This document shows, one piece after another, positions 19,508 through 29,099 of a DNA stretch of 64,000 nt (within the stretch, counting starts at the first letter, position 1; each line of letters starts with the position of its first letter). This DNA is from Chthonomonadia bacterium. GTDB taxonomy: Bacteria > Armatimonadota > HRBIN16. The notes beneath the pieces were generated by a model that was given only the letters and a program-made list of their open reading frames with translations, did not search any database and was not told the DNA's origin. Position numbers and translations under genes: made by a program. The stretch covers positions 1,472-65,471 of the forward strand of contig JABUFA010000018.1 in the NCBI GenBank assembly GCA_013314755.1, read 5' to 3'.

Positions 19508-21676
19508 TCAGCGCGGCACCACCGGGCGTCGTCCACCGCCTCCGGGACGCTGGGCGGGCGGGTCTATCGGGATCAACACCTGTATGCCATCAGAGACACC
19601 CACCGCGCTAACCAGCCCCGCACCGTTCACCGCGCGAACAGCCACATAGTACACCCTGCCATGCGCCAGACTGAGGTTGAACGTGGCTTCGGTGCGTATC
19701 CCCACGCTCGTCCAGCCCATCACGTCCGTGCCGCCGGGCGTGGTGCCCACCGCCACCTCGTATCGGAAGATGCCGGTTTCCAGGTCGCGGCTCCACCAGC
19801 GGGCGTGCAGGGTGGTCAAACTGCTCTGCGCAGCACCATCATCCCAAACCTGCGGTGTTTCGGGCGGGGTGATGTCGGGTTGCATGTTCACCGGACCGAG
19901 CCAGAAGTCCACGCCCGGGGTATCCGCACCTGCCACCACTTCCACCCACTCGTACTCCTTGCTGTATCCGTAGGCGGTCGCCTTCACCCGGTAGTAACCG
20001 GGCGGCAGGTTGGGAATGCGCCACAAGCCGAAATCCTGTGCCGTGGTAACCTTGCGGGTGGTTCCGAACATCGCGCGCGCCTCGATCTGTGCGCCCTGCA
20101 CGGGCGTACCGTTAAAGTAGACCTGCCCCGCCAGACAGCCCACCGTGGCATTGCGCGCGTTCAGCTCCAGCAGGGTTTTCCGCACGTTGATGCGCCCGAA
20201 GCCATAACGGGGATCCCAGCCACCATCGCCTCTTCCCTGAGCGTTGTCTGCGCCGCGCTGGATGGCACGCCATATCCGCAGATTGCCTCCGGGCGTGTTG
20301 ACCGTGATGCCTTTATACTCCGCGTACAGCGCCGCTAGCCCAGCGACGTGGGGACACGCCATGGAAGTGCCAATCTGGTAGCCATACATATAGAACTCTT
20401 CACCAAAGGCATCGGGCAGAGGCACAGGATAGCTGGGCGCGGTGGAGTAGATGACAAAGGCTTCCGGCCACAGAATACCATCGTCATCCTCTACCCACAG
20501 CAGACTGCCGCCCGGTGCGCTGATGCCGATATAGTCGCCTGTGCCTGCATACAGGTCGGAAGGGAAGTCGTCCAGGATGCCTGTCGGGGAAACCGCCAGC
20601 ACCTTGCTGTTGGCGGCGGGGTAGATATTACCAATGTTTCCGCCTCCCTGGCTCGACTCGTTCGCCGCTGCGATGAGGATGCATCCCTTGTAGTAGGCGT
20701 AGTTGACGGCATCGGCGAGAATCTGCGGGTAGCTCGTAGTTCCCAGGCTCATGTTGATAACAGGAATGCCGTTATCCGCACAGTAAATGATGGCTTCCAC
20801 CAGGTCAGTGTCTTCTCCTGTGCCTGTGGCATCCACGATTTTTACCGGCACAATCTGCGCGTTGTACGCCACACCGAAAACGCCTTCACCGTTGTTTGCC
20901 GCGGCGGCGGCAATCCCTGAAACGTGCGTGCCGTGTCCCAGCTCGTCGGTGAAGTCGGAATCGTACACGCCTCCAAAGATGCTACAGCCCAGCGTCCAGT
21001 CTATCTGCCCACCGTAACGCGAATCGGTGGTAGTGCCACTGGCGTTTTTGAAGTCGGGGTGATACGGGTCGATGCCGCTGTCAATCACGGCGATGCGGAT
21101 GGCGTTACTCGGCTTGGTCGCGGCAGTGTAATAGCGATTTGGATAGATTTGCCAGCCTTCATACGCTTCAATGATCAGCATATCCCAGAGATAGGGATAG
21201 AGATTCGGTATGCCCGAAATCTTACCATCGTCGTATTCGTGAAACTTCGGGTCGTTCGGCTCGGGAAGCAGGGGACGCACGAGATAAACCGGCTCTGCAT
21301 AGAGCACCTCTGGTCGCTTCTTCAGCAGGTCTACCGCGCGTAACACGGGGACATCCTTCGGCAAACGTATGACCGCCCAGCCGATTCGTTCAATGGTGCG
21401 TTCTATCTTTGCCCCCGCTAATGCGGGAATACTGTCTATGACCGGCTGGAGTGCAGATACCAGCGCCGATGAAGCGCTCGTCGCGGAGAGCGTGTTCTGG
21501 CGTGAAGCCACTACCTGGGGACGCAGTTTCACTACCACCTTTCCTTCACGATACTCCGCCTGCTTCACTGCCAGTGCGGCAGTCGGCGCGAAGGGAAGCC
21601 GCAGGGGGGCACTCCCTGCACTCAGGTCAAACAGAAGCATCAGAGCTAAAACGAACACTGCGAGCCGAGCACGCAT
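19508..21676 (-). CDS. S8 subtilisin-like serine protease with carboxypeptidase-regulatory-like and Fn3-like C-terminal domains
   Basis: Triad motifs IDSG, GHGTHV, GTSMACP; signal peptide and propeptide. Confidence 0.92.
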   Translation of the reverse strand: MRARLAVFVLALMLLFDLSAGSAPLRLPFAPTAALAVKQAEYREGKVVVKLRPQVVASRQNTLSATSASSALVSALQPVIDSIPALAGAKIERTIERIGWAVIRLPKDVPVLRAVDLLKKRPEVLYAEPVYLVRPLLPEPNDPKFHEYDDGKISGIPNLYPYLWDMLIIEAYEGWQIYPNRYYTAATKPSNAIRIAVIDSGIDPYHPDFKNASGTTTDSRYGGQIDWTLGCSIFGGVYDSDFTDELGHGTHVSGIAAAAANNGEGVFGVAYNAQIVPVKIVDATGTGEDTDLVEAIIYCADNGIPVINMSLGTTSYPQILADAVNYAYYKGCILIAAANESSQGGGNIGNIYPAANSKVLAVSPTGILDDFPSDLYAGTGDYIGISAPGGSLLWVEDDDGILWPEAFVIYSTAPSYPVPLPDAFGEEFYMYGYQIGTSMACPHVAGLAALYAEYKGITVNTPGGNLRIWRAIQRGADNAQGRGDGGWDPRYGFGRINVRKTLLELNARNATVGCLAGQVYFNGTPVQGAQIEARAMFGTTRKVTTAQDFGLWRIPNLPPGYYRVKATAYGYSKEYEWVEVVAGADTPGVDFWLGPVNMQPDITPPETPQVWDDGAAQSSLTTLHARWWSRDLETGIFRYEVAVGTTPGGTDVMGWTSVGIRTEATFNLSLAHGRVYYVAVRAVNGAGLVSAVGVSDGIQVLIPIDPPAQRPGGGGRRPVVPR

Positions 21677-21775
21677 TTGCGGGCACCTCCCGTAAAATCT
21701 TCAGGTGTATCATAAAACGGATGGAAAATGGTTGTCAATATCGCCGCGCAAAACCTGTAGATTACCAGAGGTTTG

Positions 21776-22909
21776 CTATTGCAGCTGCTGGGCAATCTGC
21801 TGGATAACGGGGTAGGGGGCATTGGTCTTGAAGGCGGCGGTCTCGAAATGGGTGCGCGACGCCTCGTAGCCTGCCTGTCGCAGTCGCTGTATGAGCGCAT
21901 CCACCGGCGGGAGATGGCTCAGATGGGTGCGCTTGCCCAGCTCTGCAGCGCAGTAATAGCCGGCAGGGGAGCTTGCCTCATCCACCATCAGCCGCAGCTG
22001 GCGAAGCACCGCCTGGTATCCCGCCTTTCGCGCCTCAACGCTCATCAGGTGCAGAAACTCGGCGTCGTACAGGGAGCCCGTCCACAGCGGTCCCGCCCAC
22101 TGAACCTCTTCGCTTCCGCAAACGCGGCATCTGCCCACCGTCACGTGCAGGGGCAGAGTGGTCTGGCTATAACAGCCCATACATTTGACCATCCAGCCTA
22201 TCTGGTTCACAGGGAACTCGGCGGAGCCATAGTGCAGACGCACCGCTATGCGCATCGCATAGCCCTCGTCCAGCACGAACAGGGGCTGCCAGTACAGCCC
22301 ACGCTCTCCTGCGCTCTGCTGTAACGCCCCCAGCAACACCCGTGCGCCAATCTCATCGCCACACTCCCACGGGCGCGTCACCGCGCCGTAGTGCCGAACC
22401 GCCGGGTCACGCAGCTTGCCGCACAATGCCGCCATGTCCGTAGCCGTCAGGTACAGCACACCGCCCCAGCGCGGCGCCAGCGACGCCGCGTGCCAGTACA
22501 CAGACGGACTGCCGAAGGCATCCAGATCCACCCAGTCGAAGTGTTCATCCCGTAGACGGATGGCGTAGCACAGGCGGTGCACCTGCTCACAGGTAACCTC
22601 TATCTGTACATCCGGGGAGATAGCGTTCAGCGCGATGTTGCGGCGTATCGCTTCCACCGCCGCAGGGTTGCCATCGTTCAGCACGATGCGTTCCACCGGC
22701 GCTTCCAGTGCGTAGCGGATACCGCGCGTGCCCACTCCAGCCATCAGGTCGATAACCTGCAGGCGACGCTCCTGCAGGTCCGCCTCCGCTCGCAGGGCAA
22801 TCACGCCGAAGTCGCGCGCTAGGCGAGCACGCGGATTGAAGAAAAGCTCCTGCGGCACCACGAAGCGAGCCAGCCCTTCCTGCAGTTCAGTGTAGTTCTC
22901 CTCGTTCAT
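21776..22909 (-). CDS. trm1: tRNA (guanine26-N2)-dimethyltransferase, Trm1 family
   Basis: FFNP...RD, DLMAGVGTRGIRY, VLND, VDLDAFGSP, LTATD, CxxC..CxxC, GPLWTG, ASRTHF...FKTNAP. Confidence 0.85.
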   Translation of the reverse strand: MNEENYTELQEGLARFVVPQELFFNPRARLARDFGVIALRAEADLQERRLQVIDLMAGVGTRGIRYALEAPVERIVLNDGNPAAVEAIRRNIALNAISPDVQIEVTCEQVHRLCYAIRLRDEHFDWVDLDAFGSPSVYWHAASLAPRWGGVLYLTATDMAALCGKLRDPAVRHYGAVTRPWECGDEIGARVLLGALQQSAGERGLYWQPLFVLDEGYAMRIAVRLHYGSAEFPVNQIGWMVKCMGCYSQTTLPLHVTVGRCRVCGSEEVQWAGPLWTGSLYDAEFLHLMSVEARKAGYQAVLRQLRLMVDEASSPAGYYCAAELGKRTHLSHLPPVDALIQRLRQAGYEASRTHFETAAFKTNAPYPVIQQIAQQLQ

Positions 22910-24045
22910 GCCAGAAACTCCGCGCAGATGGAATTAGCCACCGGCAAACCCTTCGCGGTGATGCGCCAGCGGTCCGGGGTGACCTCCAGCAGGCGCAGAC
23001 GTTGCAACTTGCCGATTTGACGGGCATAGCGCTCCGCCAGCCTGACGCCATAGCGTGCTTCTACCGCAGGTACATCCACCCCGTCACGCAAACGAAGCAT
23101 CAGCATGATTGTTTCGCCCAACGAGGCGTTGGCATCCAGACACTCCTGCTCTTCCACCAGTGAAGAGCCGTTCCGAACCGCCTGCACGAAGCGACGCGGA
23201 TTACTGATTGCCTTCCAGCGCACTCCACGCCGATACGAAACCGCTCCCGGACCAAAGCCGAGATACTCCTCGTTGCGCCAGTACACCATGTTATGCCGAC
23301 AGCGATAGCCCGGTCTGGCAAAGTTGGAAATCTCGTAGTGCTCGTAGCCAGCTCGGGTAAGCGCACGGATGGCGTAGCGATACATCCGCAGGTCGGTCTC
23401 TTCATCGGGCAGGTTCAGCAAGCCCTCCTGGTGCATTCGGAAAAACGGCGTGCCCGGCTCAACGGTCAGCGCGTAACAGGAGATATGTTCAGGCTGAAGG
23501 CTGACCGCCGTGCGCAGGGTTTTCTGCCACTGCTGGATGTTCTGGTCGGGCAGGGCGAACATGAGATCGATGTTGATATTTTCAAAGCCCACCTGCCGCG
23601 CTGTCTCGTAAGCCCGCAGCGCCTCGTTTGCCGTGTGGATGCGCCCCAGCGCTTTCAGCAGACGGTCATCAAACGCCTGCACGCCCATACTGAGCCGGTT
23701 AAAGCCAGCCTGCCTCAGCAGAGAATAGCGTGCCCTGTCTGCAGTGCCCGGGTTAACCTCCACGCTGACCTCTGCATCGGGCAGCACCCGGAAGCGTGAG
23801 CGAATGGCGTCCAGAATGCGCACAATCAGCTCTGGGTCGGGAAACGAGGGCGTTCCTCCACCGAAGAAGATGGTGGGAACCACAATATCGCCTGGCTCGT
23901 CGACGTTTTCGACCGAAAGCCGTATCGCCTCCAGCGTGTCGCGAACGATGCCCCCGCGCCAGGCATAGGTGTTGAAATCGCAGTAGGCGCACCGCCTGGC
24001 GCAGAAGGGTATGTGCACGTATATGGAAACACGTTCGAGGCTCAT
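22906..24045 (-). CDS. hemW: Radical SAM heme chaperone HemW
   Basis: YVHIPFCARRCAYCDFN, FGGGTPS, HYEISNFA, HNMVYW; 4-bp overlap with trm1. Confidence 0.9.
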   Translation of the reverse strand: MSLERVSIYVHIPFCARRCAYCDFNTYAWRGGIVRDTLEAIRLSVENVDEPGDIVVPTIFFGGGTPSFPDPELIVRILDAIRSRFRVLPDAEVSVEVNPGTADRARYSLLRQAGFNRLSMGVQAFDDRLLKALGRIHTANEALRAYETARQVGFENINIDLMFALPDQNIQQWQKTLRTAVSLQPEHISCYALTVEPGTPFFRMHQEGLLNLPDEETDLRMYRYAIRALTRAGYEHYEISNFARPGYRCRHNMVYWRNEEYLGFGPGAVSYRRGVRWKAISNPRRFVQAVRNGSSLVEEQECLDANASLGETIMLMLRLRDGVDVPAVEARYGVRLAERYARQIGKLQRLRLLEVTPDRWRITAKGLPVANSICAEFLA

Positions 24046-24236
24046 GATGGTTTTCCACACGGGATTATATCACAAACAGGGGGAAGGCGTTACCGCCCAG
24101 AACGCCATCGTGCTTCAAAAAGGCGTTTGAGCATATTCTCCAGAGGGAAAAGCTCTGGGTAGCCAGCGACATGTGGGCAAGATAACAGGTCTAAACTCAC
24201 TGGCTTCGTGCATTCTCACACGTCGTAACTCAACAA

Positions 24237-24626
24237 TTACGCGCTCGTTTTGCCGCTCTGGCAGCGTGGACAGATGCCGAACCACTCGACGCGGTGGGTG
24301 CTAACACGGTAGCCTGTGAGTTGCTGAATGCGTTCCGTTGCGGTGTCATCTATGATGTCAGGAACATCGGCGATATGCCCGCACTGTTCGCAGATGATAT
24401 GCTGGTGCGCGCCGGGGCGACCGTCGAATCGGCTTTTGCGCGAACCTGCCTCCAGCTGGACTACCAGCCCCTCTTCCTGCAGGCGCCCCAGCAGGCGATA
24501 GACGGTTCCCAGACTGATGTTGGGAATAATCTGACGTGCCTGCTCGTATACCCAGTCCGCGGTAGGGTGGGTGTCAGTGTTTCGCACAATGTCCAGAACA
24601 ACCTGTCGCTGTTTGGTATTACGCAT
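24237..24626 (-). CDS. Fur-family transcriptional regulator (PerR/Fur-like)
   Basis: TKQR, HPTADWVY, ISLGTVYR, HQHIICEQCG, GICPRC; AAGGAG RBS. Confidence 0.92.
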   Translation of the reverse strand: MRNTKQRQVVLDIVRNTDTHPTADWVYEQARQIIPNISLGTVYRLLGRLQEEGLVVQLEAGSRKSRFDGRPGAHQHIICEQCGHIADVPDIIDDTATERIQQLTGYRVSTHRVEWFGICPRCQSGKTSA

Positions 24627-24646
24627 CGGGTTGCCACAGGCTCCTT

Positions 24647-24710
24647 TAATGAGAATGATATTCGTTCCTATTTTCACGTTCAGTATACCAAGCCTGCCGT
24701 GTTTTGTCAA
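24647..24710 (-). promoter_or_regulatory. Sigma70 promoter with downstream Fur-box-like operator
   Basis: TTGACA (24710-24705), 17 bp, TG-extended TATACT (24687-24682); imperfect inverted repeat AATGAGAATGATATTCGTTCCTATT between the -10 element and the RBS. Confidence 0.7.
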
Positions 24711-24999
24711 GGACTGGAGGTAGGACATCACAGCAGAAGGGTATCCTGGCAACCAAACTCACAGACAAGCATTTTAGCCTCTGCAAATGTGGATTGCTGA
24801 AGGTCCAAAATCGTTGGGTTGTTCTATCTCTGTCCTGACTGAGGTCCTGCTGGCGCACAATTTCGGCGCGATAGGGTGTATTATACCCCCCACATCTTCA
24901 GTTATGCCGGACGTTTGTCTCGGGGCGGTAACATTGCATGGGCACACTGGCGTAATTCTCACACAGAGAATCTTTTGTCTGGAGGTAGACCCTGTAAAG

Positions 25000-25491
25000 A
25001 TGAGCGTGAGCGAGGGAAGCGAGGTTCCTATGCCTTTGCACGAGGTGAAAAGGCGCCGCAAACCGGTGCGGAATGTCAATGTGCAGCATCATCAGCAGCT
25101 AACCCCCATGGAGCGCATTGCCCTGTGGATTACACAGCACGTAGGGACGATGGGCTTCTTTTTGCTGATAGCCATCTGGAGCATGTTCTGGCTGTTGTGG
25201 AACCTGATGGCGTCCCGTCCACTTCGATTCGACCCGCCTCCTGCGTTTGTGTTGTGGCTATTCCTGTCTAACCTGATCCAGATTCTGCTGATGCCTCTTT
25301 TGCTGGTGGGGCAGAATGTGCTGAGTCGACATGCTGAGCTCCGCGCGGATAACGACTACGAGGTCAACCTGAAGACCGAGCAGGAGGTAGAGGTTATCTT
25401 ACAGCACCTGGAGTACCAGGACCGTTTGCTTGAGAAACTAGTTGCTCTGGTACAGGCACAGGACGGTCGGCGTACAGATGCTGGCACTTAA
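25000..25491 (+). CDS. DUF1003 family membrane protein
   Basis: ERIALWITQHVGTMGF, FDPPPAF..L.LSN.IQ..LMPLLLVGQN, DYEVNLK.E.E. Confidence 0.85.
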   Translation: MSVSEGSEVPMPLHEVKRRRKPVRNVNVQHHQQLTPMERIALWITQHVGTMGFFLLIAIWSMFWLLWNLMASRPLRFDPPPAFVLWLFLSNLIQILLMPLLLVGQNVLSRHAELRADNDYEVNLKTEQEVEVILQHLEYQDRLLEKLVALVQAQDGRRTDAGT

Positions 25492-25506
25492 GCATGCACT
25501 TGCTTT

Positions 25507-28500
25507 TCAGGGCTGTGTCAGATGCACGCTACCTTTGCGTTCCAGCTTGCTCCAGCCGGTGCGCTTTCCCTGCAGGGCGGTTGTTACCGACTTTAGCATC
25601 ACCGCATACATCAGCTGTCTGTACACGAATCGCTGCCAGAAGAGCCACCAGAGCAACCGCCACCGCTCGCGGTCAAGACGGAAAGCGACACAGCCTATCA
25701 ACAGCTCCACCACAAAGAACAGGGAATACAGGAAGCCGATTTGAGCCAGAGCGGCGGTTGCCTGGGGCAGGGGTTGCCAGTCCTGGCGCAGGATACCACG
25801 GCTGAGCCATGCCTGCCCGACGTTGGCAACCGTCCAGGCAATTTGCGCATCCACCAGCGGCGACAGCATCTGAAACACCACCTGAAACAGCCACAGGGAG
25901 GGCAGAACCAGCCGTCCAAACCATCCATATCTTCCGATAGCCTCCCGATGCTTCCACAGACACTGCAGGGTGCCGTACGCCCAGCGGAACCGCTGGCGAA
26001 ATAAACTCTTCAGGGTTTCTGGAGCTTCTGTCAGGGCAATGGCGCGATTCGCGGTCACAATCCGCCAGCCTGAGCGGCGCAAACGCCAGGTGAGATCCAT
26101 ATCTTCTGCCATGGTGTCATTCCGGTAGCCACCAGCCTGCACCACCGCCTCTCGACGCCATGCGCCTGCTGCTCCGGGTACCACTGTTACTCCGTTAAGT
26201 AACGCATAGGCACGCCTGTCTAGGTTCTGATTGATGATGTACTCTATAGCCTGCAGGCGGGTGAGTATGTTTACCCGATTACCCACCTTGACATTACCTG
26301 CTACCGCGCCAACGCGAGGGTCGGCAAACGGCTGAACCAGCTCGCCGATGGTGTCAGGCAAAAACAATGTGTCCGCATCCAGGGCAATGAGTATCTCGCC
26401 AGCGGCGTACCGAATCGCGTGGTTGAGAGCCTCCGCCTTACCCTGATTGTCCTGGCGAATGACCTTTACATTTGACAGGTGTCCAAAAAGCCGCTCCACC
26501 TCTTCCGCGGTGCCATCCTGCGAACCATCATCGACCACGATAACCTCCAGAGGTGGATAATGGCTGTTCAGTACCGCCTGTATTGTGCGCCCAATCACTT
26601 TACGCTCGTTATAAGCCGCGATAATCACGCTGACCGCAGGCTGATAGGATGCCGAAGGCAGGTACTTGCACTCACGAGTGGATGCGATAATAGCCAGGGG
26701 AAGCACGCTAATCGCCCGCAAGAGGGTTAAGACAATGGCGGTCAGAAAAGCGATGCCCAGCAGTATGCTGAACACATAGTTTGCTTCAAACACTACCCGG
26801 TCTACCCCAACAAGCATGAGGTCTCGCCCCGATACTGGTGGCATCACGGCATCGCGTGTGGTGCCAATCAGCTGGGATGCGGTGACAAAACGGTAACCAC
26901 GTTGCTGGAGATAGGGGATGAAAATAGAGAGGGCAGCAACGGTGCGAGAACGGTCACCGCCTCCATCATGCAAAAGAATGACGTTACCGGCGCCTCGCAG
27001 TACCTGCTGAATCACATCCTGAGCAATCTCCCGGGCGGTGCGCTGGTGGATAATACCACCAGGTTGCATCGTGCGCAGGTTCCAGTCCTGCGGGTCGATA
27101 AACTCTCCGATGGTCAGGTAGCCCATCTGCGACGCCAGCAGGATGGGACGCACCTCTTCCGCGCTGGTCGGCTCGGCATCGGCATTATAGGGTGGGCGAA
27201 AGAGCAGGGTCGTTCGTCCCAGAATGCTCTGGAGCACCCGTTGAGTGGCGTTCAGTTCCAGCCGGGCGCGGCGAGTGGACACCGCTGCCATATTCGGATG
27301 GGTAAATGTATGACTGCCGATTTCGTGTCCTTCGTCCCAGATTCGGCGCAATAAGCCGGGGTGGTGTTCCGCGTTCTCGCCAATGATGAAGAAGGTCGCT
27401 CGCACACCAAAACGTTTCAAAACGTCCAGAATCTGCTCGGTGTAGGGAGGATAGGGACCATCATCAAGGGTGATGGCAAGCCATTTTGCATGGTAACCAC
27501 GTCTCTGTATGGTAAAGGCTGAGGGGAAACGGATGTACTCTTCATCGGCGCACAAACCGGTATGGGGGTCCACCTCAATCCAGCGGTTGCCCGTCTGCGG
27601 CAGGGTATTCACAGAGAGCACTTCGCCCTGTCCGATAAACTCTACGTCGTATGGATAACTGATTTCGCGCAGAGCTTGCATATCAGGGCGAGCACCGATC
27701 CGATCGCGGCGCAGAAAGTTCCAGATAGAGGGGTCTTCAGACCCCAGCACCCAGAGCGCAGCCCCCCGCAGCCTCATTTGCGAACCGATAAGCCACTGAT
27801 TCGCAACTGCCACCGCATCCAGCAGCCATACCTCATGAAAGCGACCCTCTTCGTCTGTATAGGTGAAAGTGGGGTTTAACGCTTGTGGGTCGAAGTCCAC
27901 CACACGCTGGGGAGGCTCGTCAGGATGGTTGTCGCGGGCGCGCAGGATGGCTTCGTGAAAAGTGAGTGTCTCAGCCGTGGCAGAGTTTTCCCGCCAGTCG
28001 TAGGCGTAGTTACCAAGTCCCATGACCAGCTTCTCAGCAGGGATATACTGAACCGCCTGAAGCAGAACCCGACGGGACCATAGCAGCGAGGCCACGGGCC
28101 CCGGTGTTCCCGAGGCATAATGTTCGTCGTATACCATCAGTACCACCCAATCACATGCCCGGGAGATTTCGCGCCATATTCCGGGATTCACGCCCGCTTC
28201 GATGTCGGCGCTCAGCTGCAGTCCTGCTTGATGAAGAACGTGCCCCAGGCGTTGAAGCCATCCTGCGAAGAGGGCATAATCCTGGGAATAAAGGTTCTCA
28301 AAGTCTACATTGACGCCCTGAAACTGCTGCTCCAATAACCAGTCGCGCAGCTGCACCGCCAGTGCCTGTTGAGCCGATGGATTGTGCAGCAGATGATGCA
28401 CGCGAGCAGGGTCAAACTGCCCATGCTGAGCGTTGTTGAGCACAGGCATCACGTGCAAACTGTGCTGGCGCGCAATCTCGAGCACATCGTGGTTGTGAGG

Positions 28501-28968
28501 TACGCTTGCGGGATCCCAGTCGTACCAGTCGATGCCATTGCCCTGAGCGTTCAAATGAAGCCACTCCGGCAGAAGATGCGTGAGTTTATCAGCATTGGCA
28601 CGCAAAGAGTGCAGTCCCGTCTCCTGCCACGTTGTGTAAAAGGCAGCGACCACCGGCGAGGTGATGGGTGAGGCGATTATGTGTTGGCGCCGCTGCCGCT
28701 CGTCCTTCAGTATCTCTTCGAACAGTTTCGTACGCTCCTTAATCAGGAGGTGCCGCCTCAGGCGAGTCTGACGATTGACAAAATGGAACACAGAGCCTCG
28801 CAGAGCGCGACGTAGATGCGGATGAACACCGGGTAGATGCGGTATGATGGGAACCGTCAGAAGGCTGAGCACAAAAAGCGTGCTGAGTATCGCGGACAGC
28901 AAGGCGAACATCATACCGAGGCGTGTCAGCCATCGTCTGCGTCTGCCAGTGCGGTCGTAGAATACCAT
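25507..28968 (-). CDS. Trimodular GH18-like / CE4 polysaccharide deacetylase / GT2 (PgaC/IcaA-like) synthase
   Basis: GVNVDFE and MVYDEH (GH18); TLDDGP, HTFTHP, FRPPY, LLHDGGG (CE4); DDGS, DAD, AED, QRFRW (GT2). Confidence 0.9.
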   Translation of the reverse strand: MVFYDRTGRRRRWLTRLGMMFALLSAILSTLFVLSLLTVPIIPHLPGVHPHLRRALRGSVFHFVNRQTRLRRHLLIKERTKLFEEILKDERQRRQHIIASPITSPVVAAFYTTWQETGLHSLRANADKLTHLLPEWLHLNAQGNGIDWYDWDPASVPHNHDVLEIARQHSLHVMPVLNNAQHGQFDPARVHHLLHNPSAQQALAVQLRDWLLEQQFQGVNVDFENLYSQDYALFAGWLQRLGHVLHQAGLQLSADIEAGVNPGIWREISRACDWVVLMVYDEHYASGTPGPVASLLWSRRVLLQAVQYIPAEKLVMGLGNYAYDWRENSATAETLTFHEAILRARDNHPDEPPQRVVDFDPQALNPTFTYTDEEGRFHEVWLLDAVAVANQWLIGSQMRLRGAALWVLGSEDPSIWNFLRRDRIGARPDMQALREISYPYDVEFIGQGEVLSVNTLPQTGNRWIEVDPHTGLCADEEYIRFPSAFTIQRRGYHAKWLAITLDDGPYPPYTEQILDVLKRFGVRATFFIIGENAEHHPGLLRRIWDEGHEIGSHTFTHPNMAAVSTRRARLELNATQRVLQSILGRTTLLFRPPYNADAEPTSAEEVRPILLASQMGYLTIGEFIDPQDWNLRTMQPGGIIHQRTAREIAQDVIQQVLRGAGNVILLHDGGGDRSRTVAALSIFIPYLQQRGYRFVTASQLIGTTRDAVMPPVSGRDLMLVGVDRVVFEANYVFSILLGIAFLTAIVLTLLRAISVLPLAIIASTRECKYLPSASYQPAVSVIIAAYNERKVIGRTIQAVLNSHYPPLEVIVVDDGSQDGTAEEVERLFGHLSNVKVIRQDNQGKAEALNHAIRYAAGEILIALDADTLFLPDTIGELVQPFADPRVGAVAGNVKVGNRVNILTRLQAIEYIINQNLDRRAYALLNGVTVVPGAAGAWRREAVVQAGGYRNDTMAEDMDLTWRLRRSGWRIVTANRAIALTEAPETLKSLFRQRFRWAYGTLQCLWKHREAIGRYGWFGRLVLPSLWLFQVVFQMLSPLVDAQIAWTVANVGQAWLSRGILRQDWQPLPQATAALAQIGFLYSLFFVVELLIGCVAFRLDRERWRLLWWLFWQRFVYRQLMYAVMLKSVTTALQGKRTGWSKLERKGSVHLTQP

Positions 28969-29099
28969 CTCTCTATCCAAAGGAGCACACCCCACAAATC
29001 TAAGGCACTGCCTTTTTATACGCAAGGCACTACCGCACTTATTCCCACCTCTGGTGCATAGAAGAGGAATCCCCACATCGGCGTTCTAACTTTTGTAGC

